A DNA stretch of 64,000 bases from Octopus sinensis (GCF_006345805.1 NC_043012.1:41912001-41976000); one strand, 5' to 3'. Positions 1 through 15,145 are shown, counted from the first letter of the stretch. Notes: a model not told the origin generated them from the letters alone. Translations and numbers: made by a program.

Positions 1-494
1 CGACTTGAAGAGACTTACTAATCTCCGAGCTACGCACTCTATCGAGTAATGTTGGTCTAGAGATCCTTCGGAGAAACCCTATCTCTGTCGTAGGTATTTG
101 CGATCGAACTCTTCCGGTCATTGCTCGTCATTGGTAAACGTAGATGAAGAGACTTCAAACTGGCCAGTATAGTATTCTAGCGGATCCTGCGTCGAATTCC
201 TAACAAAAAACCCTCTTAAACACCTGCCATCCATAACTTGGCCAGGGTTCTCTCTCTCAAAAAAAAAAAATGCATGTTTGGGTGGAGAATGAGGAACAGA
301 AAGAGGAAAAGGAGGAGGGGGAAGACGAAGAAGACAAGGAAGACGAGGACAACGAGGAAGAGGAAGACGTGGAAAAAAGGAAGAGGAGTATGAGAGAGTC
401 CATTGTTGATTTCCTAAATCAAGTAACAGTCATCATGTCATATCTTCTATAGGATTTGATTGACTCCATTGAGGCAGAGCTTAAACAGAGAAGA

Positions 495-524
<30 letters not shown>

Positions 525-526
<2 letters not shown>

Positions 527-1300
527 TATGTTTAACTTTTGCTTTACATTTGCACAAGCTGGCTCCAAGTCTCACCCAGACACCTCAAGTGACAACAAGT
601 TGGAAGTTCATGCTGGTGTTATTCCTGGGGTGCCGTATATTTGGTTTTGTACTTAGTGTTGTTCTAGAGAATGTTTAAGAAACCATAAGAAAATTATGTT
701 CGTTTATTTTGCGTAGGATATGAGCAGTTCCCATGAGCACTATCTTTTGAATTTCTGCCATTTTGGGGGTTTCCTGATATCTGAGTAAGGTAGCAATCAG
801 CCCCTTTTGCTATCATTCCCAGGGCACCTATGACAACAGGTATTCTTTTAATCTTCAGGTTCCACATTTTGCTGATTTCTATTTCAAGATCTTTATATTT
901 GCTCGGTTTTTGGTAGGTCTTGACAGATACGTTTATATCGATTGGGACAGTCATATCAATGAGGAGGCATGATTTTTGTCTGAAGTCTTTCAATATGATG
1001 TCTGGCCTATTCGCATCTATCTTTCTGTCAGTTTGAATGGTGAAGTTCCAGAGGAGTGAGATGTGGTCATTTTCAAACACTGGTAGTGGTTTGTGTTCCC
1101 ACCAGTTTTTATCATGGGGCAAGTCCAGACTTTTGCAAATTATATTGAATATATTGTGCAGCTCTATCATGCCTGTTGAGATACTTTGTAGGCGCAAGAA
1201 GACAACATGATCAATAGTTTCATTTTGTTGTTGACATGCACGACATGTTGGGCTACTGCTGTTCTTTAATATGTTGGCCTGGTAGCTCCTTGTAGGTAGG

Positions 1301-1302
<2 letters not shown>
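525..1302 (-). mobile_element. 5'-truncated non-LTR retrotransposon 3' fragment, RLE type (R4/Dong-like), frameshifted
   Basis: ORF 694-1197 has RPDII..LIDMTVP..KYKDLEIEISKMWNL..IPVVIGALG (PD-(D/E)xK restriction-like endonuclease). An upstream CxxC/H zinc-knuckle remnant is in another frame. Flanked by (ATT)n on both sides. Confidence 0.85.
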
Positions 1303-1392
<90 letters not shown>

Positions 1393-1404
1393 TATTATTA
1401 TTAT

Positions 1405-2389
<985 letters not shown>

Positions 2390-2401
2390 TATTACTATTA
2401 C

Positions 2402-2434
<33 letters not shown>

Positions 2435-2478
2435 TATTATTATTATTATTATATATTATTATTATTATTATTATTATT

Positions 2479-2823
2479 GAAGGCGGCGAGCGGGCAGAAT
2501 CGTTAGCACGCCGGACGAAATGCTTAGAGGTATTTCGTCTGTCGCTATATTCTGAGTTCAAATTCCGCCGAGGTCTTCTTTGACTTTCATCCTTTCGGGG
2601 TCGATAAATTAAGTAACAGTTGAGCACTGGGGTCGATGTAATCGACTTGCTCCTTCCCCCAAAATATCAGGCCTTGTGTCTATAATAGAAAGGATTTTTA
2701 TTGAAGGCGGCGAGTTGGCAGAATCGTTAGCACGCCGGGTGAAATGGTTGGCGGCATTTCGTCTGCCGTTATGTTCTGAGTTCAAATTGTGGCAAAAATT
2801 TGAAATAACTATTATTATTATTA

Positions 2824-2874
<51 letters not shown>

Positions 2875-3014
2875 GGTCGACTTTGCCTTTCATCCTTTCG
2901 CGGTTGATAAATTAAGTCCCCTCCCACCAAATTTCAGAATTTTTGTCTATAGTAGAAATTATTATCATCATCATCATCATCATCATCATATCATCATCAT
3001 CATCATCATCATCA

Positions 3015-3081
<67 letters not shown>

Positions 3082-3230
3082 CAAGGTGACGTGCAGTAGA
3101 ATCGTTAGCGCACCGGACAAAATGCTTAGCAGCCTTTCTTCCGATTTTACGTTTTGTATTAAAATTCCGCCATGGTTGACTTTGCTTTTCATTCTTTTGG
3201 CTGTCGATAAGATAAGTATCGAATAGATCT
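2479..3230 (+). mobile_element. Cluster of three tRNA-derived SINEs (family A, head GGCGGCGAGCTGGCAGAATCGTTAGC) separated by (ATT)n/(ATC)n
   Basis: A-box-like TGGCAGAATCG and B-box-like GAGTTCAAATTCC. The same sequence recurs more than 10 times in the window. Boundaries approximate. Confidence 0.8.
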
Positions 3231-3853
3231 CTTCCTTTAAATTGCGAGCATTGTACCTGTAGAAGAGAAAGGGATAACCAGTCCTCCTGGTGATCCATTT
3301 CCTTCTTGCTGTCGCATGATGATGCAACGAGATAACGTTATAACAACTGGGTGTTGCTGGACGAGGTAATCCGTCGCTCTCTTCTTACTCGTGGGATCCT
3401 AGCATGAACAAACGAAGCTATTTCTTCCACTATCGTTGCAATTGCAAATGTTGCTGCTCTAGAAACAGCATTTTCCTTTCTTTTCTTTTTTTTTCTCTTT
3501 CCTGGTGTTATTCTCTTTGTTGATGTCCACTTGTCTTCTCTTTTTTCTTATTCCTTCTTTTGTGCCTGAGCAGCAAAATCTCGTTCACGTGTCACAGCTC
3601 GGATTTCTGTGCTGCAGTGCAAGTCTGATTGCTTTTCTCACGTTCCAGAAAATAGCAAAGTAACCAGAATCTGTAAAGATTGCTGTGAAATATGCAATTG
3701 AAGAGGTTACGTCATGAGAGATGTGGCCATTATCTCATTTCTAAATGATATAATAACAGGAACAGTCGTCGGCGATCTGCAAATATACCTTTTCCCTTAC
3801 ACACACATGTATTATATACAAATTTATCTATGTTATGTTTGTGTGTGTGTGTG

Positions 3854-3887
<34 letters not shown>

Positions 3888-5361
3888 ATTTATATTCATT
3901 TAATATATATTAGCATATACATCTTTGTGTTTTGATAAGTAGATAGACAGATACTGAAAAATGACTTAGCTTTCTTATAACCTTTCATATAGCTTGCATA
4001 AAATATATATCCAATATATTTTATAAGTGCGTATTTTTAAGCATATGAGTGTATATATAAATGAGATCAACATCCATCTACTGAAGTAATACTTTGGCAT
4101 GTCATCAGTGTTGTATCCTGGGGTCATCGGGTGTTTCCGGTCTTACAACATACGCCGTCATTTTGAAACTCGCCCTAGGTTTATCAGTCCAAAGCCTTTT
4201 TTCTAAACGGCACTCAGCTGGCCCCCGCCCATTACCTCTTCTTAGCTAGAACCTGCTAGACGCTTCTCAACAGTCTTTATATTATTCTTGCTTGCTCATC
4301 TTTCACCCATTTCTGTAATGCACAAAGTTCCATAGACCTTTCACAGAGAATGACCTGAGACCCCTCCACTGTCAGCCCCACTGGAGAATATCCTTTCTTG
4401 TACCAACCCTCATAATACGTAGTTCTCTTCCTCTTTGCGTAGTCCTTATAATACATAGTCCTCAATACGTAGTTCTCTTCCATAAACTCTATGGATTAAA
4501 AACAGGATCCTCTGCAGGTTCCTCTTCCAGATCTGTCAACTGACATCCCACTACACTTCGCAAGGAATTGAACTCACAAAAAACCTGACCACTAAGCCAT
4601 GGGCCTTCATATATATATATACACTGCACGTATTCCTATTTATCTCCTCTTCTATCTTTTCTCTTGTCAAAAGCAATATTTCTCCAGCGTTCACTACTTT
4701 ACCTCGTCTGCTCTACCGACCTTCCATGTTTTCGATCGGTTTGATTTTATGTCTCCACTGTCCTGCTTTTGTTACCAACTTTGACCTGCAGCAAATCCCA
4801 AATTTTATTTTGGTTCGCGGGAGCAACTGCCTTAAACGTTTTATATTATCGTTCAGTGCTCGAAATAAGGAGTAGAAAGGCAACCGACAACTGATGAAGG
4901 GTAGTTTTTTATGTTACTTGTCTTATTTCCATTTGTTTCTCTCGTTATTTGCGTACCCAACTTTGTTTTCGTATTTCATGTTCTTTACGTTTTGTGACGT
5001 CCAGTACCCATATATGCAAGTCTATATACACATATATGTATGTATATACATATATGTATGTATATATGCATATATACATATATATATATTTCTATTTATA
5101 TATATATATAGCTATTTATGTTATACATATGTATGTATATATAAATACACACATACACACACACATATATTTATTTACACCCTCATACACACACAAACAC
5201 AGATTTATAGTTTGTAGATATCTTCACATTAAATCTTATACTTGTATTTTTAATTGTATACAATATTAAATGTATATATAACGTCTTCCGCTTTATTTTT
5301 CTCTCCCCCACATTTCAACACACAACATACACACACATACAATATATACACATACATACAG

Positions 5362-5526
5362 AAGCCGTTAGGGTTGTTTGCGATAATTGATGAAGAATCT
5401 CGCTTCCCCAAAGCGACTGATGCAAGTTTACTGGACAAGATGGCGGCTAACTGCCAAAACCCGAAACTTTTCCAAAAATCCAAGACCAGTAATTACGTCT
5501 TCACTATTCGTCACTATACAGGAGAA
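5362..5526 (+). CDS. Myosin motor domain exon (KPLGLFAIIDEESRFPKATD...FTIRHYTGE)
   Basis: Matches the myosin motifs KP.G...LDEES.FP.ATD and F.I.HY.G. Acceptor catacag| at 5361, donor gtaagt at 5527, phase 0-0. Confidence 0.93.
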
Positions 5527-5891
5527 GTAAGTAACTATTTTATTTGATTTGATTTTTTTTTTATTATTATTTTATGATTTACTCTTTTCAATTTTTCATG
5601 TCTTCCCTTTTACTAGTCTCAGTCGCTGCACTACAGCCATGCTGGAGCACTGCCTAGAAGTGTTTAGTCGAAAAAAATCAACCCCACTATTTCTTTTTAA
5701 GTCTAGTACTTACCAGTTTTTCTTGCAGAACCGCTGCGTTAGGGGGGGGGTGCAAACAGAACCAGTGACACGCACACAGTACTCGAGCGCGCGCGCACAC
5801 ACACACACATATATATGTGTGTGCGTGTGTAGAATATGTATATAGATATTATATATTAATACAATATTATATTATATTATATTATATTATT

Positions 5892-5965
<74 letters not shown>

Positions 5966-6441
5966 TATATATATTGGTTTACAGCTTCATTGACGGCATC
6001 ATCATAAAGGAAGCGTTCAGCAAATAAAATTAAATCTCAGGTACACGATAAAACCGACGACGTGTGCATTTTTTAAACAAATTGGTTGCTGAAACGCATA
6101 TCTGAGTCTATCAAAGGTCAAACAACATATCGGAATGTAGCTCCTTTCAATGAAATTCTTCCCTTCATGAAACACCCAATTAACGATATTCCATCTGGAA
6201 GTATAATTTAATTTAATTTAATTTAATTTCTCAAATTGATTTAATTGTAGGTGAAATTGTTATTGTTCAGAATTCTATTACGTTGTTTTCCCATTTTCTT
6301 TTTCTTGTACATAGAAAATAGTATACTCATATCCATCAATGTAAAGTTAACATCTTTGCCTTTTCACTGATACACTGGATAAAACCGGGAAACTTGGATG
6401 CGGATATCTCCTTAAGAGGGTTTATAACCTTGATTTAGTTT

Positions 6442-6496
<55 letters not shown>

Positions 6497-6511
6497 ACAC
6501 ACATATATATA

Positions 6512-6573
<62 letters not shown>

Positions 6574-6834
6574 CATGTGTGTGTGTGTGTGATATATTTG
6601 GGCGTAAGAACTTTAGGGAAAATAGGAGTCATATTTCAACACTAGGTAGATATGGTGTTTTTACACCTTTTACTTTAAGTGGGAATTTTTTCTCCACGAT
6701 AACAGAATAAATTTAACTTGAGAAGTTGAAATTGTTGCTGTTGTTGTTGATGATGATGTTGCTTTTGCTGTCGTTGTTTTGACTATTATTATACCAAGAA
6801 AATGTTCCAGAAATTAAACTACTTTCCATTCCAG

Positions 6835-6980
6835 CCCCTAGAATACTACACATCCGGCTTCTTGGAGAAGAACAGAGACAATCTGAGTCCTTGTCTTTTA
6901 GAATGTATGAAATGTAGCAACAACCAGTTGGTTAGTGATATGTTCCTCACCAAACTCTCTCACAGAGGAACCATCTCAGA
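6835..6980 (+). CDS. Myosin motor domain exon (PLEYYTSGFLEKNRDNLSPCLLECMKCSNNQLVSDMF...GTISE)
   Basis: GFLEKNRD motif. Acceptor ttccattccag| (alternative cccctag| at 6841), donor gtatgt at 6981, ends in phase 2. Confidence 0.92.
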
Positions 6981-9149
6981 GTATGTATTCCATTACAATG
7001 CTTTGCTGTGTTTTACTTTGTTTTTTTTTGTAGTAGTTGTTGTACTTGTTTTTGTTGCTGGTGTTGTTGTGATTGTCGTCCCATTATAACGCCATTCCGT
7101 TTTAACGGCACCACTCGGTCGTCAAGGAACTCTACCAAATATCACTGTATTGCAAATATTCCGATAAGACATCCGGCACCACCACCACCACCATTGTTGT
7201 GAATTAAGGCCAATACACTCTGTCAACCTTGACGAAAGGCATTCCACCTGTGACCATCCTGTCTTTCTAGAAGCATGCAGGACATCAGCGCATAGATTAG
7301 TGGTCAAACTGTTGAACACGCGATCGCAACGGCGTGATTTCAATTGTTGGAGCAGGCAGTAAGATGTGTCCTTGGGCAAGGCACTTTATTCTGTGTTGCT
7401 CTTGTCGATCAAGCCGAAAATGAGTTGTTTCTGGTGTTCAGTGACGTCACAGACTTTAAGACCCAAATCTTATAAATACAAGACGTCAACGATCCTTAAT
7501 GGTTACAGCATACAGGAGGAGGAGAAAGAGGAGAGAAAAGAAGATGAGGAAAAGGAGAAAGAGCCGCTTCTCTACTTCTCCTGACTGAACTAACCATTCA
7601 CCAAATGTTGGTATTTGTGATAGTATTAGTAGCAGCAATACCAATGGTGATATTAGTGGCATTAGTTAAGTACGGAAGGCGATTGCGGAGTGAGCTGGTG
7701 AGGGTTGCCATTAGGCAACTGTTGGATTTTTAACCCATTCTAACTTGTTTCGATTACGATGTTTTCTTAGAGAAATGTTATAGCATATATATATATCCTT
7801 GCAGTCCGTTGACGGGGGACGTTTTTGAGTACGCGTATAAAAGCTTCTATTTTATTTTGTGGGCTACGACCTAGGGATTCCAACCTGCCACTACAGTCTT
7901 ATGAGATCACACCGAGTTGCGCCGACATAGCATAGGATGAATATATTAATGATAAAAAATAATTAAGGGATGGAATTTATAAATATTTTGATATTAAAAT
8001 ATTCATTCATGGACTATTTTTATTACCATTATTATATGAAAATGAGTGCACAGCACCGTATTGGTGGACAGAATTTCTTTACTTGTGTATTAAAGTTACC
8101 ATTGGTTTCATGTGAAAAAAAAATCTTAATATCGTAACAATTTTTTAAGCCTATCACATGGAGGAATGCTGTTTGTCTCCATTTTGTATATAAACACAAA
8201 GTCTCGCTGAATTCGCAGAGATCCTGGCGAAGAGAATTCAACGAGACCGTATTTTTATCGAAAATGGAGATGAACACCATTCCTCCATGTGATCGTACTG
8301 AAGAATTGTTAAGATATTAAGATATGTTTGTTAACATTAAATCCATGCTAGCTTTAATACATAAATAAAAAATATTATTATATATATACATTTATATATT
8401 CTTTTACTTGGTTTAATCTTCAGCAATGCTGGAACACCGCCTTTAGCCGAACAAATCGACCCCAGCACTTATTCTTTGTAAGTACTTATTCTATCGATCT
8501 CTATTGCAAACCGCTAGGTTACAAGGACGTAAACGCACCAACATCCGTTGCCAAGCGAACGGGAGGGACGAACACACACACAAATATATACATTTCTCAT
8601 GATTGGTATTTAGGCAGTGCTACTTTTCCCAGAGCCCCAATATGTATGTATGCATGTATGTGTGTATGTGCATATATATATATTATTACTTAGGATTAAA
8701 TGATCTTTTTGTGTAACAATATACACGATTTCGCTGTATCTACACAGCTGTTGGTCAGGTTTAGTTCGTTCTACCCAAGACTCTCTCGCATTCATAACGC
8801 TTAGAAATTGTTGTATAAGCAACATTGAAAAAGAAATGTTTAACAATGACATATTTTTAGCATTGAGAAACAATTTGCAATAAATGTGAGGATGAAGGAC
8901 ATACATTAAATTTGCACATGCCCAGATATTCACCCACACATAAATATGTTTGCGTCTGCGTGGTGCGTCTACGTGTGTGTATGTATACCTGAGTTTTAAG
9001 TATATATGTGTCCTTATACATATCTATGTATACACATACAGACGCTCACCAATAACCATATAACTCTATACACACACAAATATTATGTACGTGTGAGTGA
9101 ACACACACATATATACATATATATGTATATATATATATATATATTATAT

Positions 9150-9226
<77 letters not shown>

Positions 9227-9268
9227 TAAATAAATGGAGTTTAACGCAGGTGTAAATCAAATATTTTT

Positions 9269-9354
9269 ACTTTCGACACATGTTTCAAAAATTCCACTGA
9301 TACTATTCAAAAGAATAAATGGTATAAACAATGCAATCTTCTCTTCAGAAAAGT
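9269..9354 (-). ncRNA. Type-I hammerhead ribozyme motif
   Basis: Reverse complement: ACTTTT-CTGAAGA-GAAGA..TTTTT-GAA-ACATGTGT-C-GAAAGT. Stem I 6 bp with one G-U, GUC site, wobble-rich stem II. Confidence 0.55.
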
Positions 9355-9625
9355 GAAAAAAACGAAACTCGTCAATAAGACATTTTAGCAAAAGATGATG
9401 GATTTGTATAGTGATTAACTGAATGCTATTAATATTGTTTAAAAAACTTATATGATATAACGTTATAAGTAGCTTACAGAAAGAGTAGGGATATTAATAG
9501 TGAATGTTAAATATAAAGGAAATTAAAGTTTAAATTATATATAATGATAGAGACTACTTATATGCACTAAAGGCGTTTTTTTGCCAATGCTTACATCTGT
9601 ATACTCGCTCTATATATACACCTTC

Positions 9626-9698
9626 CCCTCTGAGGATATTATGCTCAGGTCATATAAATTTAGTATTTATTGAGTATTCATTGAAACAGCTGTAAGAG
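9626..9698 (+). ncRNA. Type-I hammerhead ribozyme motif (stems I/II partly decayed)
   Basis: CCCT-CTGAGGA-(..ATGCTCA..TGAGTAT..)-GAA-ACAGCTGT-A-AGAG. Stem III ACAGCTGT is a perfect palindrome. Confidence 0.55.
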
Positions 9699-9836
9699 AT
9701 GATGATTTATTTGCTGTTATTAATAAACAATTATTAATTTCCCAATTTCTATTTTCTTATATATAAATAAGGATGCCATTATTAATAATTAACAATAACG
9801 TAAAGACCATGCGTAAAAACCATAACGGTAAAATTA

Positions 9837-10485
9837 TTAATTAATAATGAAGGATACAACTGGTAGTACCAGCAATGCTAAAAATTAGAAGTCAAAACGA
9901 CTTATATATATTTATATATATGGTGGCTACCCCCTCGTTATCGAGTATGGCCATTGCACGAAGCTTAATCAATGTTGTTATCATGCAATGCCTGTGCAAG
10001 AAGATTTTTTTAAAGTGAAGAAAGTCAATCCCACTCACTAAGCAACAGCAGCCATAATCCGAAAAGAAGAACAAGTCAACATCATCGATAACCACTGAGC
10101 CGCAGGTTTTATGTCAGAGTTATCCCAGTTACCTGAGTTACCTTCTCCTAGAAGGATGCCCTAACGAAGGGTAGGAGTCCTTCACTCCCAATGGTTTAAC
10201 CGCGCCATCGGGTATTCAGTCCGATTATTTCTATGTCCCCGCGCATGATACAGCCTTAAGACATATATTGGATGGCCGTTGACTCTCTAGAGTTCCTCCG
10301 CCCTTTGACGGGTTTTGTTTTTCATCCCGCAAGGTGTCCAATAAACACCCTCCTCACCAAGCAAGCTTGGTGGGGTTGCCGGTTTAGTCGCCGACGACCC
10401 GACCATGCAACAGGTTGTACTGGGTTACATGGTACCAGTAGCACTCGAAAGTGACCTGACATATATATTATATATATATATATAT

Positions 10486-10542
<57 letters not shown>

Positions 10543-10823
10543 GTGTGTATGTGTGTATGAAAAGCGTACTTGCAACACCTTGGCTTCTTTGAAAATCGTT
10601 GGCGGGACTTGAATGTCACTTTCGACAAAGACTGACAAAGAAATAGTACGTTGTCGGAACCTCAATTGAGTCCATCATACATACATACATACATTCATAC
10701 ATACGTACATATATACTCATATATACAGAGAGAGAGAGAGTGAGGACAGGACGAAGAGAGTAAGAGAAATGAGGCAGGGAGAGAGAGAGAGAATGAGGAG
10801 GAGAGAGAGAAGAGAAGAGAGGA

Positions 10824-10896
<73 letters not shown>

Positions 10897-11670
10897 AAAT
10901 TTAAAGCTAAGCGAGTTAGGTAGGTCAATATACAAAGTATATTAAATATTAAAAATGTATATAAGGGGTGTTCGGGCTACATCACTTTATACATTGCATA
11001 AAAGGAAAAGAAAATAATATTCCATCCGAAAATATATGAATTTTAAAGAACCCAAAAATATCAGGTAGATTAAGGCTGAAACATACTCAAAGTACCCACC
11101 GTCAGCTACCACCGCGGCCTCAAGACGGTCCCGGATCCTGACGCATGCATTCCTCATTGTTTTCTTGAGAAGGTCTTCGAATATCGTCTTGATTTTGGCT
11201 TTGGTGTTGTAGTCAGAACGGTTGATGTCTTTCTCAACCGCGCTCCACGCGTAGTAAATCATAGTACTACAATCGGGGGATATAGGAAACCGGAAATTCT
11301 CTGACAACTGTTTCTGACTTCCGAAAGTATGACAAAGTGTCGAATCCTGCTGTCATACATATGGTCTCCCTGTAGCAACTCTTTCCAGTCAGGGTTTCAC
11401 CATATTCTCTAGCATCTTTGCATAGCCGCTTGAATTGAGCCTTAGACCCTGTTCAAAGATATGGGATGAAGTCCGCTGGGCGAATACACTCATATTTCCT
11501 GTTGTGCTCCTTCCTGCAAGCCACAGCTACGTAATCTCCGTTGCAGCTATCCATGACACGTCTTACACTCTTAATTAATAATGAAGGATACAACTGGTAG
11601 TACCAGCAATGCTAAAAATTAGAAGTCAAAACGACTCATATATATTTATATATATGGTGGCTACCCCCTC
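9837..11670. repeat. 100-bp direct repeat (9837-9936 and 11571-11670)
   Basis: TTAATTAATAATGAAGGATACAACTGG...GGTGGCTACCCCCTC occurs twice, offset 1734 bp, with one mismatch seen. Confidence 0.9.
10965..11560 (-). mobile_element. Decayed Tc1/mariner transposase, C-terminal part and right end
   Basis: ..HIFEQGLRLNS..QQDS..SPDC....YYAWSAVEKD..NAC.R.RDRLEAVVVADGGYFE, with stops and frameshifts. TIR-like end near 10965. Confidence 0.8.
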
Positions 11671-12139
11671 ACAGAGCTCTAAGCAACAGTTACGATGATG
11701 GCATTTTGATAACCGATGCGAATCATCATGATAGCACTTTTCCAATATTCACATGGCTTCCAGTCCTCCGTGTCAGCTTACTTTTTCTCCACTTCAACTT
11801 TAATCTTTACGCTCATCAACGCTGTTGACTCTTCACCAATGCATCCATTCCTGGAACCAAAAAGAAGGTGGGGGACATAAATAATCGTCAAATTCAGTCT
11901 CGACACCGTTACCCCTTCCCCCTCCCCCATACACTTAATCAGGAAATGCGATTAGGATCGCAAGATCTCTCATATACTCAGTTTCAAAATTGAGCTGACC
12001 ATTAACTAATAACGTCCTCAGTTCCTCTTACAATAGAACTTGTAACCGAATCAGATGAGCTGACATCTTGGTTAAATGCTCGAATATAAATTCTGTAGAA
12101 ATGTGGTAAATGTGTGTAAACCTTTTATCTTTCCTTTAA

Positions 12140-12545
12140 CCGGTTTCAGTCACTGGGCTGCAACCATAATGAAGCACCGGTCTGAAGATTTAGTCGAACA
12201 AATCGACCCATGGGTTTGTTTTTGTAAGCCTGGTACTTATTTTATTACTATCTTTTAACAAGCCGCTAAGTCACGGGGACATAAATAAACTAGTACCAGT
12301 TGTCATGCTGTGGTGGGGGACAAACATATACACAAACACACACACACATTTATATATATATAATCAACTAATAAGGGTGAGAAAATTGGATACTAATTTA
12401 ATAGTACATATATGCGCCGGGCTTCTTGAATTTCCACTCACAAATTCTTGGTCGGCCCGGAGCTATAGTAGAACACACTTGCTCAGGATTGAACCCAGAA
12501 CCATGTGGTTGGGCAGTATGATTGTAACAACACAGCTACCATATT
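12140..12545 (-). mobile_element. Composite SINE (family B: tRNA-like head, internal SSR, tail)
   Basis: Homologous to the + strand copy at 59087-59470. Boundaries approximate. Confidence 0.65.
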
Positions 12546-13749
12546 TATATAGTCATGTGTATATATTATAAATCACATGTGTATGCATGTAACTATATAG
12601 CTATATACATATGTGTGTGTGTGTGTTATGTATATATTTATATGTATACACCTATGACAGTGTATCTGTGTATATATGCTCGCCTTAAAGTGTCCGCTGC
12701 TGTTTATTATTGCTATTGTATAAGGTAAAGGAGATGTCAGCGTAGATTAGTAAAACCCTATGCAACAACATTTCTCTGCTTTTATTTCGACGAAGCTGAT
12801 TGCTTGTTTATATAACATAAGTAAACACATTATTTCAACTCTAGCCTCACAACATATATACGCCGCACGGGTCAAATATACACTCACCATAATCTTCACA
12901 CACACACCATCGCCTGTAATTTGCGTGTTTTTCTTTATTTATCGTTAATATAAGAAGTCTAAAAGTCGTCAAACAGGTTCCGTTATGTGACACGCAATAG
13001 ATTCCCGGTCTGCCTGTCTGTTTCTCTGTTTGTTGGCAGGTCGGTCGGTCGGTCCGACAGTAGGCTGGCTGGCCTGTAGGTTGGTTGGCTTATCGGTCGG
13101 CTTGTTTGGCTGGTTGATTGATTGTTTTTTTGATGGGGTTCTTGTTGTGGTTGGTTGGCTGGCTGGTTGGTCGGTCGGTCTTATGCCTGACAGTTTTGCT
13201 GTTGAGTTGTTCTGGTACTTGAACCCTAAAATAACACCTGACCAAGCAACAAGTCCCTCCTTACTGACTTCAATCCTAGAACCTCCATGGCTTATAAGTG
13301 AGCGACATCACATTACACTGGACGTGACGCCAGTCCGTGGCAGGGTTAACTCATTTACAGTTGTGTGAACGGCACTGCTCAAAAACACAACCTACCACCG
13401 GTCCGGAATCGAAACCACGACCATGCAATCACAATACTGTAACCATCGGGCCATGTGCTGCCACCTAATCAAGCAGTCATATTGATAAATGATATTCAAA
13501 CTCTAATGAGGCCTCGATGAAACTTAAGACGGCCCTCCTCTACAACCAAATACAATAGCATTTTCCGAACGAACATTGAAAATACACCGACACCAGAAAA
13601 ACGGCTCATTCATTCTTCGCATCTTTGAAATTGTCACAGCATTATCAAGGAATATTTGAAATGCAAGAAACAACGGAGAGACCATCAGCGTCTCAAGAAG
13701 GTTATTGTTATATATATATATATATTGATATTTCTTTATTGCCCAGAGG

Positions 13750-13935
13750 AGACAAACAGGACAGACAAAGGAATTAAGTCGATTACATCGCGCCCAGAGC
13801 GTAACTGGTACTTATTTAATCGACCCCGAAAAGATGAAAGGCGAAGTCGATCTCAGCGGCATTTGAACTCAGAACGTAACGGCATACGAAATACGGCTAC
13901 GCATTTCGCCCGGCGTGCTAACCATTCTGCCAGTT
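13750..13935 (-). mobile_element. SINE family A
   Basis: Reverse complement of the family A head/body (GAATTTGAACTCAGAACG..CCCGGCGTGCTAAC). Confidence 0.75.
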
Positions 13936-14028
13936 CGACGTCTTAAATATATTTATTAACTTATATATCTCTTTCCCTCTCTTTCTCTCGTTCTCTCCTC
14001 TCTCTCTCTCTCTCTCTCTTTGTATATA

Positions 14029-14069
<41 letters not shown>

Positions 14070-14076
14070 TATATAT

Positions 14077-14125
<49 letters not shown>

Positions 14126-14725
14126 TGTGTGTGTGTTGTGTGTGTGTGTGTGAGTGTGTGTATGTCACATACATACATAATATTAATATTTCGCTCGGGC
14201 ATTGCATTGCTAATAATCCGGTGTTAGAACTTAGTAAACGTATGCTTCAGAACAACGGAGACTCAGTCAAGTACAGATCGATGCTAATAAGAAACTGAGA
14301 TGACAAAATCACAAACTATTATATTATGAACTTCATTGGCTTACAGCTGTTTTCTGCTATAAGATGCAATAGACTCATAGTTGAATGTTTGAGTGTCACC
14401 ATTTAGCCTAATTGGAGCTTCAAGCATGAAGTGCAATTTATTTAGGAAAACCATTTACATTTATGGATAGACACAGAAAAGCATTACCAATGAAAACATA
14501 ATTAGGAAATGAAATTTCCCCCTCAATCTCTTGAATCTCATTTCTTACATATTTATAGGTATTTTCATTGCCTATACTTTTCAGTGTATATACATAAATG
14601 TAATAGCTGAAGCTATATGTTGATACTCACACACAATTATGAGTCTATTGTACCTCATAGCAGAAAACGGCTGCGAGCTATAGAATTTCATAACATAATC
14701 GCTTATTCGTTTGCCATCCAAAATG

Positions 14726-14757
<32 letters not shown>

Positions 14758-14759
14758 CG

Positions 14760-15145
14760 TGGCACTCCGTCAGTTACTACGACGCGGGTTACAGCTGATC
14801 CGATCAACGGAACAGCCTACACGTCAAATTAACGTGCTAGTGGCTGAGCACTCCGCAGACACGTGTATCCATAATTTAGTTCTCGGAGAGAATCTGCGTG
14901 ACACAGTGTGACAAGACTGGTCCTTCGAAATACAGATACAACAGAAATAGGAAGAAAGAGCGAAATAGGAAGAAAGTTGCGGTGAAAGAGTATAGCAAGG
15001 TTCTCCACCACCCCCTGCCGGGGCCTTGTGGCACTTTAGGTGTTTTCGCTCAATAAATTCTCACGACGCCTGGTCTGGGAATCGAAACCGCGAATCTACG
15101 ATCGCAAGTCCGCTGCCTTAACCACTGGGCCATTGCGTCTCCACA
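14760..15145 (-). mobile_element. tRNA-derived SINE (family D)
   Basis: Reverse complement of the element at 40809-41137, with A/B-box-like head. Confidence 0.75.

Noticed and set aside
270-452. Acidic ORF, and SIVDFLNQ|gtaaca as the exon preceding KPLG
   Set aside because: GA-rich low complexity, no acceptor, and the expected DN motif is absent, although the spacing is suggestive.
3290-3700. Possible degraded coding sequence on the - strand
   Set aside because: All frames have stops and no motif was recognised.
4886-4990. CTGATGAAGGG hammerhead start
   Set aside because: No matching GAAA/stem III was found downstream.
8202-8288. Possible 87-nt phase 2-2 exon (DLAEFAEILAKRIQRD..)
   Set aside because: The frame is open but both splice sites are weak and there is no recognisable motif.
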